A stretch of 63,902 bases of DNA, filler included. It is 11 parts of 11 records of this genome, joined end to end, with 100 filler letters (N's around TTAATTAATTAA, not from the genome) between each part and the next. Parts side by side here need not be neighbours in the genome. Positions count along the whole stretch, not along the records: positions 1 to 8,314 come from SRR7504441_11128; positions 8,415 to 12,317 come from SRR7504441_11129; 9 more parts are not named here. One strand, given 5' to 3'. Positions 1 through 9,942 of this stretch are shown one piece after another (position 1 is the first letter of the stretch; the number at the start of each line of letters is the position of its first letter). The notes beneath the pieces were generated by a model. The model searched no databases. It was not told where the DNA came from and saw nothing but the letters and a program-made list of their open reading frames with translations. Both the position numbers and the translations under genes were made by a program.

Positions 1-109
1 GACCGTTGAAGGGCGCTACAAAGACCCGACGGCTGATCGAGACCAGAATCGTGGCCTTCAGGCCGTGTCTTAAAAATCCGTTGTACCGACTGCGCACCGC
101 AAAGGCAAC

Positions 110-1773
110 ATGAGCAGCGGCGGCGGGCTTCTTCGGCACTCGTCCCATGTGCGCGCCCCTCTCCCCATTCGCTCATAAGGGAAACAGGGGCGGAGCGGCG
201 ACGCGGAGCTGGACACCATGACGGTGTGGGTCAACAACAAACTGGCCGACGTTGACCAGCCGCCGGTCGAGGGGAGCCTGATAGACGGGTTCAAGGACTC
301 GGACGGCAAGCTGGCCGACCAGCTGCTCCTGGCCACCAAGGGCGAGGAGGTCGGCTTCAAGCCGCACCACCACCCGGCGGTGGCCCAGGCCAACATTGAG
401 ACTGTACTCAGCAGGCCCCCGCCAGCCTGCCCGCGGGGCCAGCTCGGGCCAGGTTCCGAGATAGGGGCGAGGCCACCACAATCTCGGCCGGGAACCTTTA
501 CGAAGCCAACGGGTGCGCACTTGGCCGCCCGGCCCCGGACCGGCTGGGCAGGTTGTACGTGCTGGCCTTTATATGGATGCTTATCAAGCGTTTCGACTCG
601 ACCTCTAACGGGATGACCAAGGCCCAGTGGGTCGCGATGACCCAGGCGATGATCGATGGCGGCCACCAAGAGGAGGTTGGAAGGGGCGGGACCGCACCAG
701 TGGAGGTGCCTGAGGTGGCTGCACCTGTCCCAGTACCTGTGGAGGAACTCCCACCGCCTGCACCAGAGCTGCCTACATCGATACTAGCGTATAAAGTGGT
801 GATTAGCTCGGGCGTGGGCTGGCGGAACACACCGAACAATGGCGATCGAACGCAGGGGTCGGAAGGCCCGCAGTCTGGGGCCAAGGTGGAAGGGCGAGAG
901 GTGACGGGGGTGGACGAGGCGGGTCTGCAGATGAAGTTTGTGGAAGTCTCCGGCGGACAGGTGAAGTTCTCTCCCGGCTTGGGGGACGGCGGACAGGGGA
1001 ATCACTTTTATCTGCCGATGATCTCGCGACACGGTGATGAGATCGCCCCAGTGCTCACAAAGATCGATGTATCCGCCTGCTCCAGCCATGAGCTCACTGT
1101 GCTGTCTGCAGACGCCTCAGACAGTGAGCAAGTGGAAGGTCGTGGCGCCGGCCGGGATCGCATACCGGACCAAGCCGATCTACGACCAACGCCACCCGGG
1201 CCAGGGCCCTGCAAACGGTACGACTGTGCACGGAATGCTGTGCACGGGACCCGACGGGCTGATGTACGTCGCTTGCACTAACAACCTTTACTTGCCGATC
1301 AACACCGCAGATGGGACCTCGGCCCTGCTATCCGAGACGCCGATGCGGTTCACCGTGGTCAGCCAAGGCGGGATCGCCTGGCGGACTGGCCTTGATTACC
1401 GCGCTCGACACACGGGGCAGCCGGGGCCCGCGTTCGGGCAGGTAGTCGAGGGTACGATCACGGTCGCAGCTAATGGTCAGAAGTATCTTGTGGTGCGATA
1501 GCTGGCCAGGCCGGTGGCGAGCCCACTGCAGGTGAACGGGAGTTGGTATCTGCCTCTGAGCACACCAGGTGGCACGCCGCTGCTCAAAGAGGTGCGTGTC
1601 AGAGCGAGGTTGGCGGCGGATGGGGGGTGCAGGAGCAGCAGCAAATGCAGGCCGCGATGCAGCAGGACTTGGCACGAGTGCAGCAGAGCTATGTGGCCCA
1701 GCCGCAGCCGACCTATGTGATCCAGCAAACCCAGCCGGTTAATACTCATTTCATGGGTATTCCGCTTCATTAG
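110..1773 (+). CDS. Calponin-homology (CH) domain protein with three tandem SH3-like beta repeats; 6 introns (149-187, 415-452 GC-AG, 513-551, 1069-1111, 1493-1531, 1592-1632)
   Basis: Splicing gives a continuous ORF from ATG110 to TAG1773. TVWVNNKL...NIETVL...ISAGNLYEANGLYVLAFIWMLIKRF matches the CH1 consensus. Three repeats of xVVxxxG(V/I)x(W/Y)R...GP...G...YLP follow. Confidence 0.8.
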
Positions 1774-1997
1774 TGTGTACACCGGAGCGGTACACGATTC
1801 AGTAGTAAGAATAAGTATCATGATCGTGTCACACCTTAAGCACACTGTAAAAAGGCTACCTTTCCCGGAAGCGATCTACGGGGCTGTTAATGGTCTCGAT
1901 GAGCGGGCCTGTCGCGCCTGGCGTGCTATCCGTACAAACCGCCGTTGAAGAGATTGCCAAACCGCGCCCGCCACGTCCGTCAGCTGTGCGTGTGGAG

Positions 1998-3056
1998 ATG
2001 GCCCACGCGGACGAGACCTATGTGTTCACGGTGTGGGTCAACAACAAACTGGCGGCCATCGGGGAGCCGGCGCTACGGTACCCGCTGCTGACCGCCTTCC
2101 GGGACACCAAGGGGCTGCTCGCAGACCAGCTGCTGCTGGCGCTCAAAGGCGTAATGGTAGGGTACAAACCGAGCGACCACCCGGCGATCTGCCGGGGGAA
2201 CATCCAAGCGGTGCTCCAGCGGTTCCAGGACGGCGACGCCCAGATCTCAATCAACACGATCTCGGCCGAGAACCTTTACAGCGGGTACGAGGAGTACGTG
2301 CTCGCATTCATCTGGGCGCTGATCCGGCGGTTCGATAGCTCCGCGGCCGGAGTGACCAAGGATCAGTGGATCAGTCAGACCAAGGGGATGATCGACCGCG
2401 GCCAGTCCAAGTCAGTTGGGGTAGCTCAGAAAGCGGACCCTGGCCCCAGTATGAATATTCAGACCGAGTGGGTACGGAACAACCGGGCGTCGGAGGATGC
2501 GAGGGAAGCCCAGGCGGCGGCCATGCGCAAGCAGCAGGCCGAGATGGAAGCGGATCTCCAGAGGGTCCAAACCAACTATAGTGTGCCCCCCCCGAATGCA
2601 AAGCCGCTGCAGCTGCAGAATCAGCCAGCAGAGCTGATGCTTCAGCAGCAGGAGGTGCAGATGACCATCGGGGGGCGGCCGTACAGTGTGCTGGTGCACC
2701 AGCAGATGATACGGGTGAACAAACCGGGCCAGACTTGCTATCACGTGCCGGGCCAGCCTGTCACAGTGCAGCTGCCACAGCAACCGGTTCAACTGCTGTG
2801 CACGATCAATGGGCAGCAACAGCACGTGCAGCTCGAGGTACGGGCCCAGCCGGTGCAGGCGATGATCCAGCAACTCCCGGCCGCCGGACAGACACAGATC
2901 CAGATTCTGATTCTGCAGCAGCCGCTCCAGTTGATCATAGAGCAAAGGCCGGTGGTGGTGTACCTCATGCAGCATCAACATATTATCATCATCCTGCCCA
3001 CAATCCAGCAGGTCAACGTTGTGCGGACGCTTCGAACCAGCTTCGGCCAGGCCTGA
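1998..3056 (+). CDS. Tandem paralogue of the preceding gene: CH domain plus Q/V/I/L-rich tail; intronless
   Basis: FTVWVNNKLA...LADQLLLALKG...YVLAFIWALIRRFDS aligns to gene 1, and the MxxDLxRVQxxY motif is shared. Start placed at ATG1998; ATG1890 is also in frame. Confidence 0.8.
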   Translation: MAHADETYVFTVWVNNKLAAIGEPALRYPLLTAFRDTKGLLADQLLLALKGVMVGYKPSDHPAICRGNIQAVLQRFQDGDAQISINTISAENLYSGYEEYVLAFIWALIRRFDSSAAGVTKDQWISQTKGMIDRGQSKSVGVAQKADPGPSMNIQTEWVRNNRASEDAREAQAAAMRKQQAEMEADLQRVQTNYSVPPPNAKPLQLQNQPAELMLQQQEVQMTIGGRPYSVLVHQQMIRVNKPGQTCYHVPGQPVTVQLPQQPVQLLCTINGQQQHVQLEVRAQPVQAMIQQLPAAGQTQIQILILQQPLQLIIEQRPVVVYLMQHQHIIIILPTIQQVNVVRTLRTSFGQA

Positions 3057-3304
3057 GCTTCTCAGATGTTTTGAGAGTTGCTGAGAGCTCGTTTGAGCTT
3101 AGTAGGCGCCACAAGCTTGAGTACTTTTTGAGTTCATCCAGCGCAACGATCAAAATAAAACTAGTGTTTACTGAAAACACAGCAAATTGGCCGCGGGTAC
3201 GATGTGAAACCCTCGATAGATCGAACAAATCAGTCGCGTTGATTTAAATAATCCGCAAATATTCTACATTTATGATCTATCGGAGCTGATCCTCGCACGA
3301 GGTC

Positions 3305-4037
3305 TCACTCCCAGTTTTCCCAGTCATCGGAGTCATAGTCGTCCACCGCCTTCTTCTGGTACCCGATGTAGCCCTTCTTAATCTCGGCCTGCCGCTCTGA
3401 TACGGACTGCTGGTCTGGGTACTCATTATTCTCGACATAGTGCACCATCCCGTGAGTGGACAGCACCTTGGCTAAGTCATCGGTGCTGAACTCGTCGGTG
3501 TCCCCCATCTCACCAAACCCGATTATCTTGTGCACGCACTTGTTGTCCTCGATCAGGCCTGTCCCCCTCTGAGCCACGCTCCCCTCCGGCCGGCTTACAC
3601 ATGGTGGGCAGCACGATGATCTCCATACGCTCAGACAGGAAAAGCGACTTCTCGGCGTTCACCTTAATGAACCGGCACTCCAGGTGCTTGGCCGCCAGCC
3701 GCGACAGGTGCCGATCCACTATCTGGCACCGCCTGCGCCCCCGGCCTGAGCCCGGCTCGCCCCCCGGGGGCTACAAGGTCGTGTCGCGGTAAAAGTGGAC
3801 GCACAGCTTGTTGCTCTGCTTGCAGATCCCAAAAAAGTCCTGCTCGTGCACCTCATCGTAGCTGCCGTGCCCCTTGGCCTTCCACTCGCGCTTCTTCTTC
3901 TCAAACTCCTTCATCTCTTTCATTCTCCGTTGCCGGGCGCCCTCCAAGTCGTTCATATCGGCGTCCACCTGCTGAAGCTGCGCATCCACAGCCTTCTCCA
4001 TCTGCTGTGCCACCATGTTGGCCACCATGTCGTTCAT
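3305..4037 (-). CDS. TXNDC9: Phosducin-like protein 3 / thioredoxin domain-containing 9; 2 introns (3733-3774, 3559-3598)
   Basis: GHGSYDEV-E-DFF...[56 protein letters not shown]...IIGFGEMGDTDEFSTDDL is the PhLP3 family signature. Confidence 0.9.
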
Positions 4038-4480
4038 CCCCCCCGCCTGCCGGCCTTGCTCAACCCACCCGGCGAGCGCTGCACATACCATATTGAAGCG
4101 ACTGTGATTTTTTTCTAAACCCGGCCTGTGTTTACATCTATTTTGGGTTCTTGTGCAGTGTTCGAGTTACTGCCGCAGCCGTCTACGTACGTAGCCCGGC
4201 CCCACACGGCCCCAGCTGGGATGCTAGTAGGATGCTAGCACTCCGGGTGGCAGAAATCACCACTTGTCGCACAGCTCACAGCATACCTGCATTTTCCGCT
4301 CAAAAGCCTCCGTTACTCCTCCAATCCCACATCAGGCGCTCCCGAGGGCAGTACTAACATTAGTTCTACTTACGAGTATAGCGCAATAATTAAGATAGAT
4401 ACAATACGGAATAGCATTATACACTTCATGCACACAGTCGCTTACTTCTGTCGCATGACCCTACGTATATACACAAAGAA

Positions 4481-7400
4481 TCATTGTACCCAAAAGAAGC
4501 CGGGGCCAAGGGTCGAGTCATTGGACCCAAAAGAAGATTTGGATCCAAATGAAGCCCTGGAGCGCTGCACCACCACTACAGCATTCCGCCAGTCGGCTGT
4601 CTTGTTCTCTTGGCCGGTCCGATCCCACCGCACCCAGATCCGCGAGCCCCATCGCCTCACTACCGTCCCTGAATCGCCCGTACGATAGTAATCGTTTGAG
4701 CTATTTCGGATCGCCCGGACTCGGTCACCGGTCTCACAGCTCGCCGGCCTCAGCTGCTCTACTTGCTGGACCGTATCGTTAACCTTACTCTTTGAGCATT
4801 CGAGTGCCACATTGAGCAGCGAGCTTAAGTCATTGTCCAGCTGGTCCTCGACGGGAAACAGCTCATGCAAGTCTGCTTGGGCGAGATCATCCAAGCTTGC
4901 CCGCTTAGCGATTCGTTTGCCCAGAAACAGGCCATAGCTCTTCCTGACCTTCTCCCAGTCGAATGGGTTCCCGGTTGGCAGGTATAACTCACACCACTGA
5001 GTTGATACGGCCCCACTGTTGACCAAGGACTGCACCTTTGATGCACTGTATCCCAACAGCTGAGTGAGCACCTCTTGGGTGTGCCAGCCGAACTTGGGAG
5101 CATGCATTTCGGACATTCTGTTGGTAACAGTGACCCAATCTCCGGAGCGAATGGCACAGGGCTGGAATAGAACCACGTCTGATCCGACTGGGTGATCCTT
5201 AATTCGCTTGAATTGATAAGTTTTGCCATGCTCAGACGAAGCTGGACCATTGTCCCTGATGATGTTATTCTCGCGAAGCCCACCCAGCGAATTAGCCTTC
5301 ACAGCAGCAATCCCCAAACTTTTAAGAAGCCGGACAGCAGTCGCAGCCTCAAATTCGGCAAGCCAATCGGAGATAGTAGTACGGAGCTGTTCGTTGCTCA
5401 GTTGCTCTAGACAAGGGCTGCTACCCATGATTGTTTGTAGAGCTGCGAGCGCTGTATCCCTTCTACGAGCATCGATTGCAAGAAATATGAAGCCATCAAT
5501 CACGGTATACAGGGAGTATAGCGCGTGCTCGCCCATGGGTAATGGACCAGATGGCTCGTCCCACTCCGGCCTGCCGTCATAGTCGTACATGAATGGAGCT
5601 TGCAGCAATGCTGAATTTGCAGCCAGAGACGTGCGTGCCACATCGGCCTGCCCTGTTTCCAGCCTCTTGAAGAGCGCCATGCAGACAGCTGTTGCCCCAG
5701 AAAATCCGCTGACGACGTCAATCATCCCGAGGTGGGCGTGTTCTTCTGGCGTCAAAGGCGACCCACCAAATCTCGCCATAATGCCCGAGCACGCCTGGCA
5801 ACTAGACATTAGCCCCAAGCAAGCTGCAGGGCAGAACAACCTGGATATTATCGTCATATCCTAGGAAGTCCGATCTCGGACCCCAATCGGGCCCACCAAA
5901 TGCATCAAACTGAAAAAGAATTACATGCGGGTTCACCGCCTTGAGTGACTTCTCGTCCACCCCAAGACCCCTTAGCTGACAGCTGGCTTGATTAGTGAGC
6001 ACCACATCAGCCCACGCGACCAGGCCTCGGAGGATCTGGCGGCCCTCTTTCGATTTTAAGTCAGTGAGCATACTCATCTTGCCTCGGTTGGCAGGCAATC
6101 CCATATAAACACTCACAAGAGGGTCATACTTGGGCTTACTCGGATCTATCTTGATCTGTACATGCCAAGTCAGCCTCAATTGTGAATGAGTTTCACCACA
6201 GTGGCTCCAAATCGAGCCAAGTAGCCTCCGACTGTCGGTCCGGCAATCACGTTGCACAAATCCAGTACCTGCCCATCACAATCAGCACAGATCCATACCA
6301 ATATCACACCTTGGTGCCGGCCAAGCAGTTCAACGAAAACCGTTGAGAATCCTCCAAGTCGGCGCTCATAAACGATGCAGCTGCAACGGCCCGGCCATCC
6401 TGGCGCAGCTTCTCGCTCTGCTTGAAACTGGGTCGTTTGAACCACACAACCGGCCCTGCCTCGCGCACCACGGCATCACGCTCCTCGTCATACCGCTCCT
6501 GGACTAGACCACTGGACAACGCATGCTCCGAGTTGAGCCACTCTTTCGTGGTTACTACAGCTGCCCCGGGCACTTTCTCGATGCCCAGGATTCTCTGCCA
6601 TTCCTGGGCTGTTTTGGCAAGGAAAGCTTCTTTCATACTCTGCTTCAGCTTGTCAACCCAGGTCGGATCACTGATTGGGTATGTCCCAAGCACTGTATGC
6701 ATCCCTTCGGCCCAGTCGTCACAATTCTGCCAAACAGCCTCCATGTTCTGCGGAATGTTCTTGACCTTGTCCCAGATTCCCAGTGCCTGCAGCACACGTT
6801 GCTGGTGCTGCGCATTTGAGGATGCGACTAGGTAATACATTCGCCCATCCTTGCATTCATATGTGTGAAAGAATGGATCAAGCAGCTCTTTCACCGCATT
6901 GTAGGACAAATTCATTTGCAGGCCCTCTGCCTTGCGCCTTGCAATCTCGTGCTCTCTCAAGCAGCGGTAGCGCCCAGGAAAGTTCTCAATGTCCATGCTG
7001 TTGTAAATGAGAGCCTCGCACAGTCCAGCCGCCAGTGGTACTTCTATCTTCTCACCACAGCCCGAGAATTTGCGCGCTGTCAACGCCAGCGTGGCGGCCA
7101 TCACTGCCAGAACCGAAGAGTAGGCGGATGCAATCGGCAGCGGGGTGTAAGATACTGAATGGCCCATCAGCACTCTATTGAACCCCATCTCGCTGAGCAC
7201 GCCGCTCTGAGCCAGAACTATTCCTTCAAATGCCTTCAAATCTGCAAACTCGGCATCGGTGCTGGCGAATCCCGGCAAGGACACGTAAACACAGCGTGGG
7301 TTGCGTGCCTTGACTGCCTCGTAACCCAGCCCGAGCCTGTCCATCACGCCATTGCTGAAGTTCTCGACCAGCACATCGCATCCCTCGATGATCCGCCAGG

Positions 7401-7944
7401 CCTCGGCCAGCCCCGCGGCCGTCTTGAGGTCTATATTCCGCATTTGTTTCCCCCTATTGAGCAAGGTGTTAGCCTCACTCTCCCATAGCGGGCCGTCGGG
7501 CGGATCTATGTGAATGACTGAAGCACCGCTCTCGAGCAGCACGCGACTGGCGAGCGGCCCGGCGATGTAGCACCCAAAATCCACGACGGTCACCCGGTCT
7601 AGCGGCTCCTCCTCCTCTTGGTGCAGCGGCGGCGGCCGGTTGTCCAGAAACGGGCAGCTGTTGATGAATGGCGCGAACGAAGGCTGGTCCTCATCCTGTT
7701 GCGATTGAATAAACTCTCGCCTGAACCCCCCTGGCTGTGCGATCTGCCGGCGCTGCTGCAGCTCGCAGTCAAGCCGCATACTCTCGAAGTTCCCGCTGAA
7801 GGAGGAGGCCCGGTGGCGCCGGCCGGGGATCGGGGGCATGCCCGGGGCCCGCAACCTGTGTTTGGAGAGGCGTATGTCGCGGGTGACGTCCGCCCCTTCG
7901 TGCTTGTACCGGTCATCGGCCCAGACGTCATCCGCGTTCTCCAT
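4481..7944 (-). CDS. Family III (CaiB/BaiF) CoA-transferase with two tandem CoA-transferase domains plus N- and C-terminal extensions; 3 introns (6269-6309, 6156-6196, 5795-5840)
   Basis: Domain 1 has VVDFGCYIAGPLASRVL...NRGK...DVLVENFSNGVMDRLGLGYE. Domain 2 has [28 protein letters not shown]...NRGKMS...GYDDNIQACSG. Confidence 0.88.
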
Positions 7945-8314
7945 GGCAGCGGGGAGACCCTCCCACCGGCAAAAACACCGGACTTGACCCAGCACGCCAT
8001 TGCTGCCACAAAGACACTGACACGTGTTGAGCTGACAGCACCGCCCATGTTTATCCACCTTCGCGCGGAATCGGGACGCCTTAATCGAGTATCGGGTCAT
8101 TGGGACTAGGTCAGCACCCGGCGGCAGGCTCCACGGCGCCTCCTCACAAAGTCCACCGCCTTCCTGATCGCCCGCTGGCCAAACTGGAACAGGGTCAGAG
8201 CTCCAACCAAGTGAAAGCGAGGTACTCCGCGCCGCTCGTTCCTAGCCCGTCGAGCCCGTTCCGTCCCGTACCGTTACGTACCTCGCTACCGCCGGCCAGC
8301 CCGTAGAAGTGTAC

Positions 8315-8414
8315 NNNNNNNNNNNNNNNNNNNNNNNNNNNNNNNNNNNNNNNNNNNNTTAATTAATTAANNNNNNNNNNNNNNNNNNNNNNNNNNNNNN
8401 NNNNNNNNNNNNNN
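8315..8414. other. Artificial contig spacer N44-TTAATTAATTAA-N44 (also 12318-12417, 18178-18277, 30085-30184, 37576-37675, 42157-42256, 46422-46521, 52247-52346, 56673-56772, 60425-60524)
   Basis: Ten identical 100-nt units with stops in all six frames; several genes are truncated at them. Confidence 0.98.
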
Positions 8415-9709
8415 TCTGGCTCGGGCTCCGGCTCTGGCTCCGGCACTGGCTCCGGCACTGGCTCCGGCTTTGCCTCCGGCTTTGCCTCCGGCTCAGGCAC
8501 AGGGGGCATGGGTGGCCGCTTCTCAACAGAGGCACGAGGCTTTGGCGGGGCGAATGGGACGGTGGTCTGCTCTTGGTTGACTTTGGGCCGTTCGACCGGT
8601 GACGGCGCGAGAGACGACGCTTCCGAGTCCAAAGCGGAGTCTGTGTCCGACTGGCCGTGCTCGGGTGATCTGGCTAGTGGCTTCGGGGGCTCAAACGGCA
8701 CCGAGTCGGACCCAGCCCGCTCGCGGCTGCCGGCACGGGCCCGGGGCTGCTGCCAGGCGCTCTGTGGCGGCGCGTCCGGCTCGTTCCAAGGGTTGGCTCC
8801 AGCCGAGCGCCCCCAGGGGTTGGTCGGGGCTAGGTTCACAGCGGGGCCGGCCGGCTCCTTCTTGGGCCGCCAGCTGTCCTCTACCATCGCCCGGGAGTCC
8901 TGCGACCGCCAGCTGTGCCAATCGGCCGGCTCGTCCTCCTTGCGCCGCCGATCCGGCCGGGGCACACGAGGCAGAGGTAGCGCGTCTGTTACAGTCTCGG
9001 CGCTGATCACCTTCTTGTGTTTGTGTGAGTCCACCATCACCCAACCACCCTGCGCCTCCGGCACCGGCGGCTCATCCGTCGTCCGGCGTTGCTCCTTGCT
9101 GTCGTGCCTGCCGTCCTTGCTGTCTCGCTGGTCCCTGCTCCTCCGGCCGGGGCCCACTTGGCTGTTCCGCAGCTGGCTCTCCTTGTGCACCTGGTACTGG
9201 ATTCCTCGGGGCTGGCTGCAACGGCCCAGATCGAGCAGCCGGTGGTAGAACTCGGAGACCGCATGGATGGTGGCCTCGTCCATCGTGGCGTTCCGGTTCC
9301 AGATCGAGATCATGTCCCCCTTTGGCCGGAACTGCAGCACTAGCCCGCACACGTCCTCGATTGAATGGAGCGCATCATCCGACGAGAAGGCGGCCTGGAG
9401 GAGCGTCCGCCAGATCAGCATGGTGGACACCTCGGACGATTCCTTAATCCGAATCACCCACTTCCCGCCCTTGGCGTTGGCCGGGTCCTCCCAGGTCGGA
9501 CCGATCCCGGGCCTGAACATCCGGATGTTTGCAAAGTGGGGGAAGCTCAGCTGGCAGAACGAGCCGCTGGTCTGGAGCCGGGCCCGCCAGAATGCCTCGT
9601 ACTCGTCCCAGCTCTGCAGGTCATCCAGTTGGATGCTCTCACGCTCGTAGTCTTTGAGAGACTGGCCCCGGGCTTGGCCTTCGTCATACCACAGCGTGAA
9701 CCGCGGCAT
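8415..9709 (-). CDS. eIF4E: eIF4E-family cap-binding protein with long disordered C-terminal tail (3' truncated; start uncertain)
   Basis: FTLWYD...AFW...MFRPGIGPTWEDPANAKGGKW...VCGLVLQFRPKGDMISIWNRNA...YQVHKES; the fragment ends in PE repeats at the contig edge. Confidence 0.9.
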
Positions 9710-9942
9710 CGGGCGAGCCTGCCTCCTCACGCCCCAGGTGGCGTCACCCCAACGGATCCCGATCAGATTTTGTCGACGCAGTGCTGGATGTCGATTGTTT
9801 GTTCCTTCTGGGCAGCCCAGGTGTAGAGAGTCTTGTCGGGCTGCAGCCGGGACAGCTCACCAAGCCGACCCACCACAGTATCATCGCGCCGGTCCTCAGC
9901 GCCATCTGACCCGTCGGTGCTCCCGCTAGGGCAAGCTCGCGG

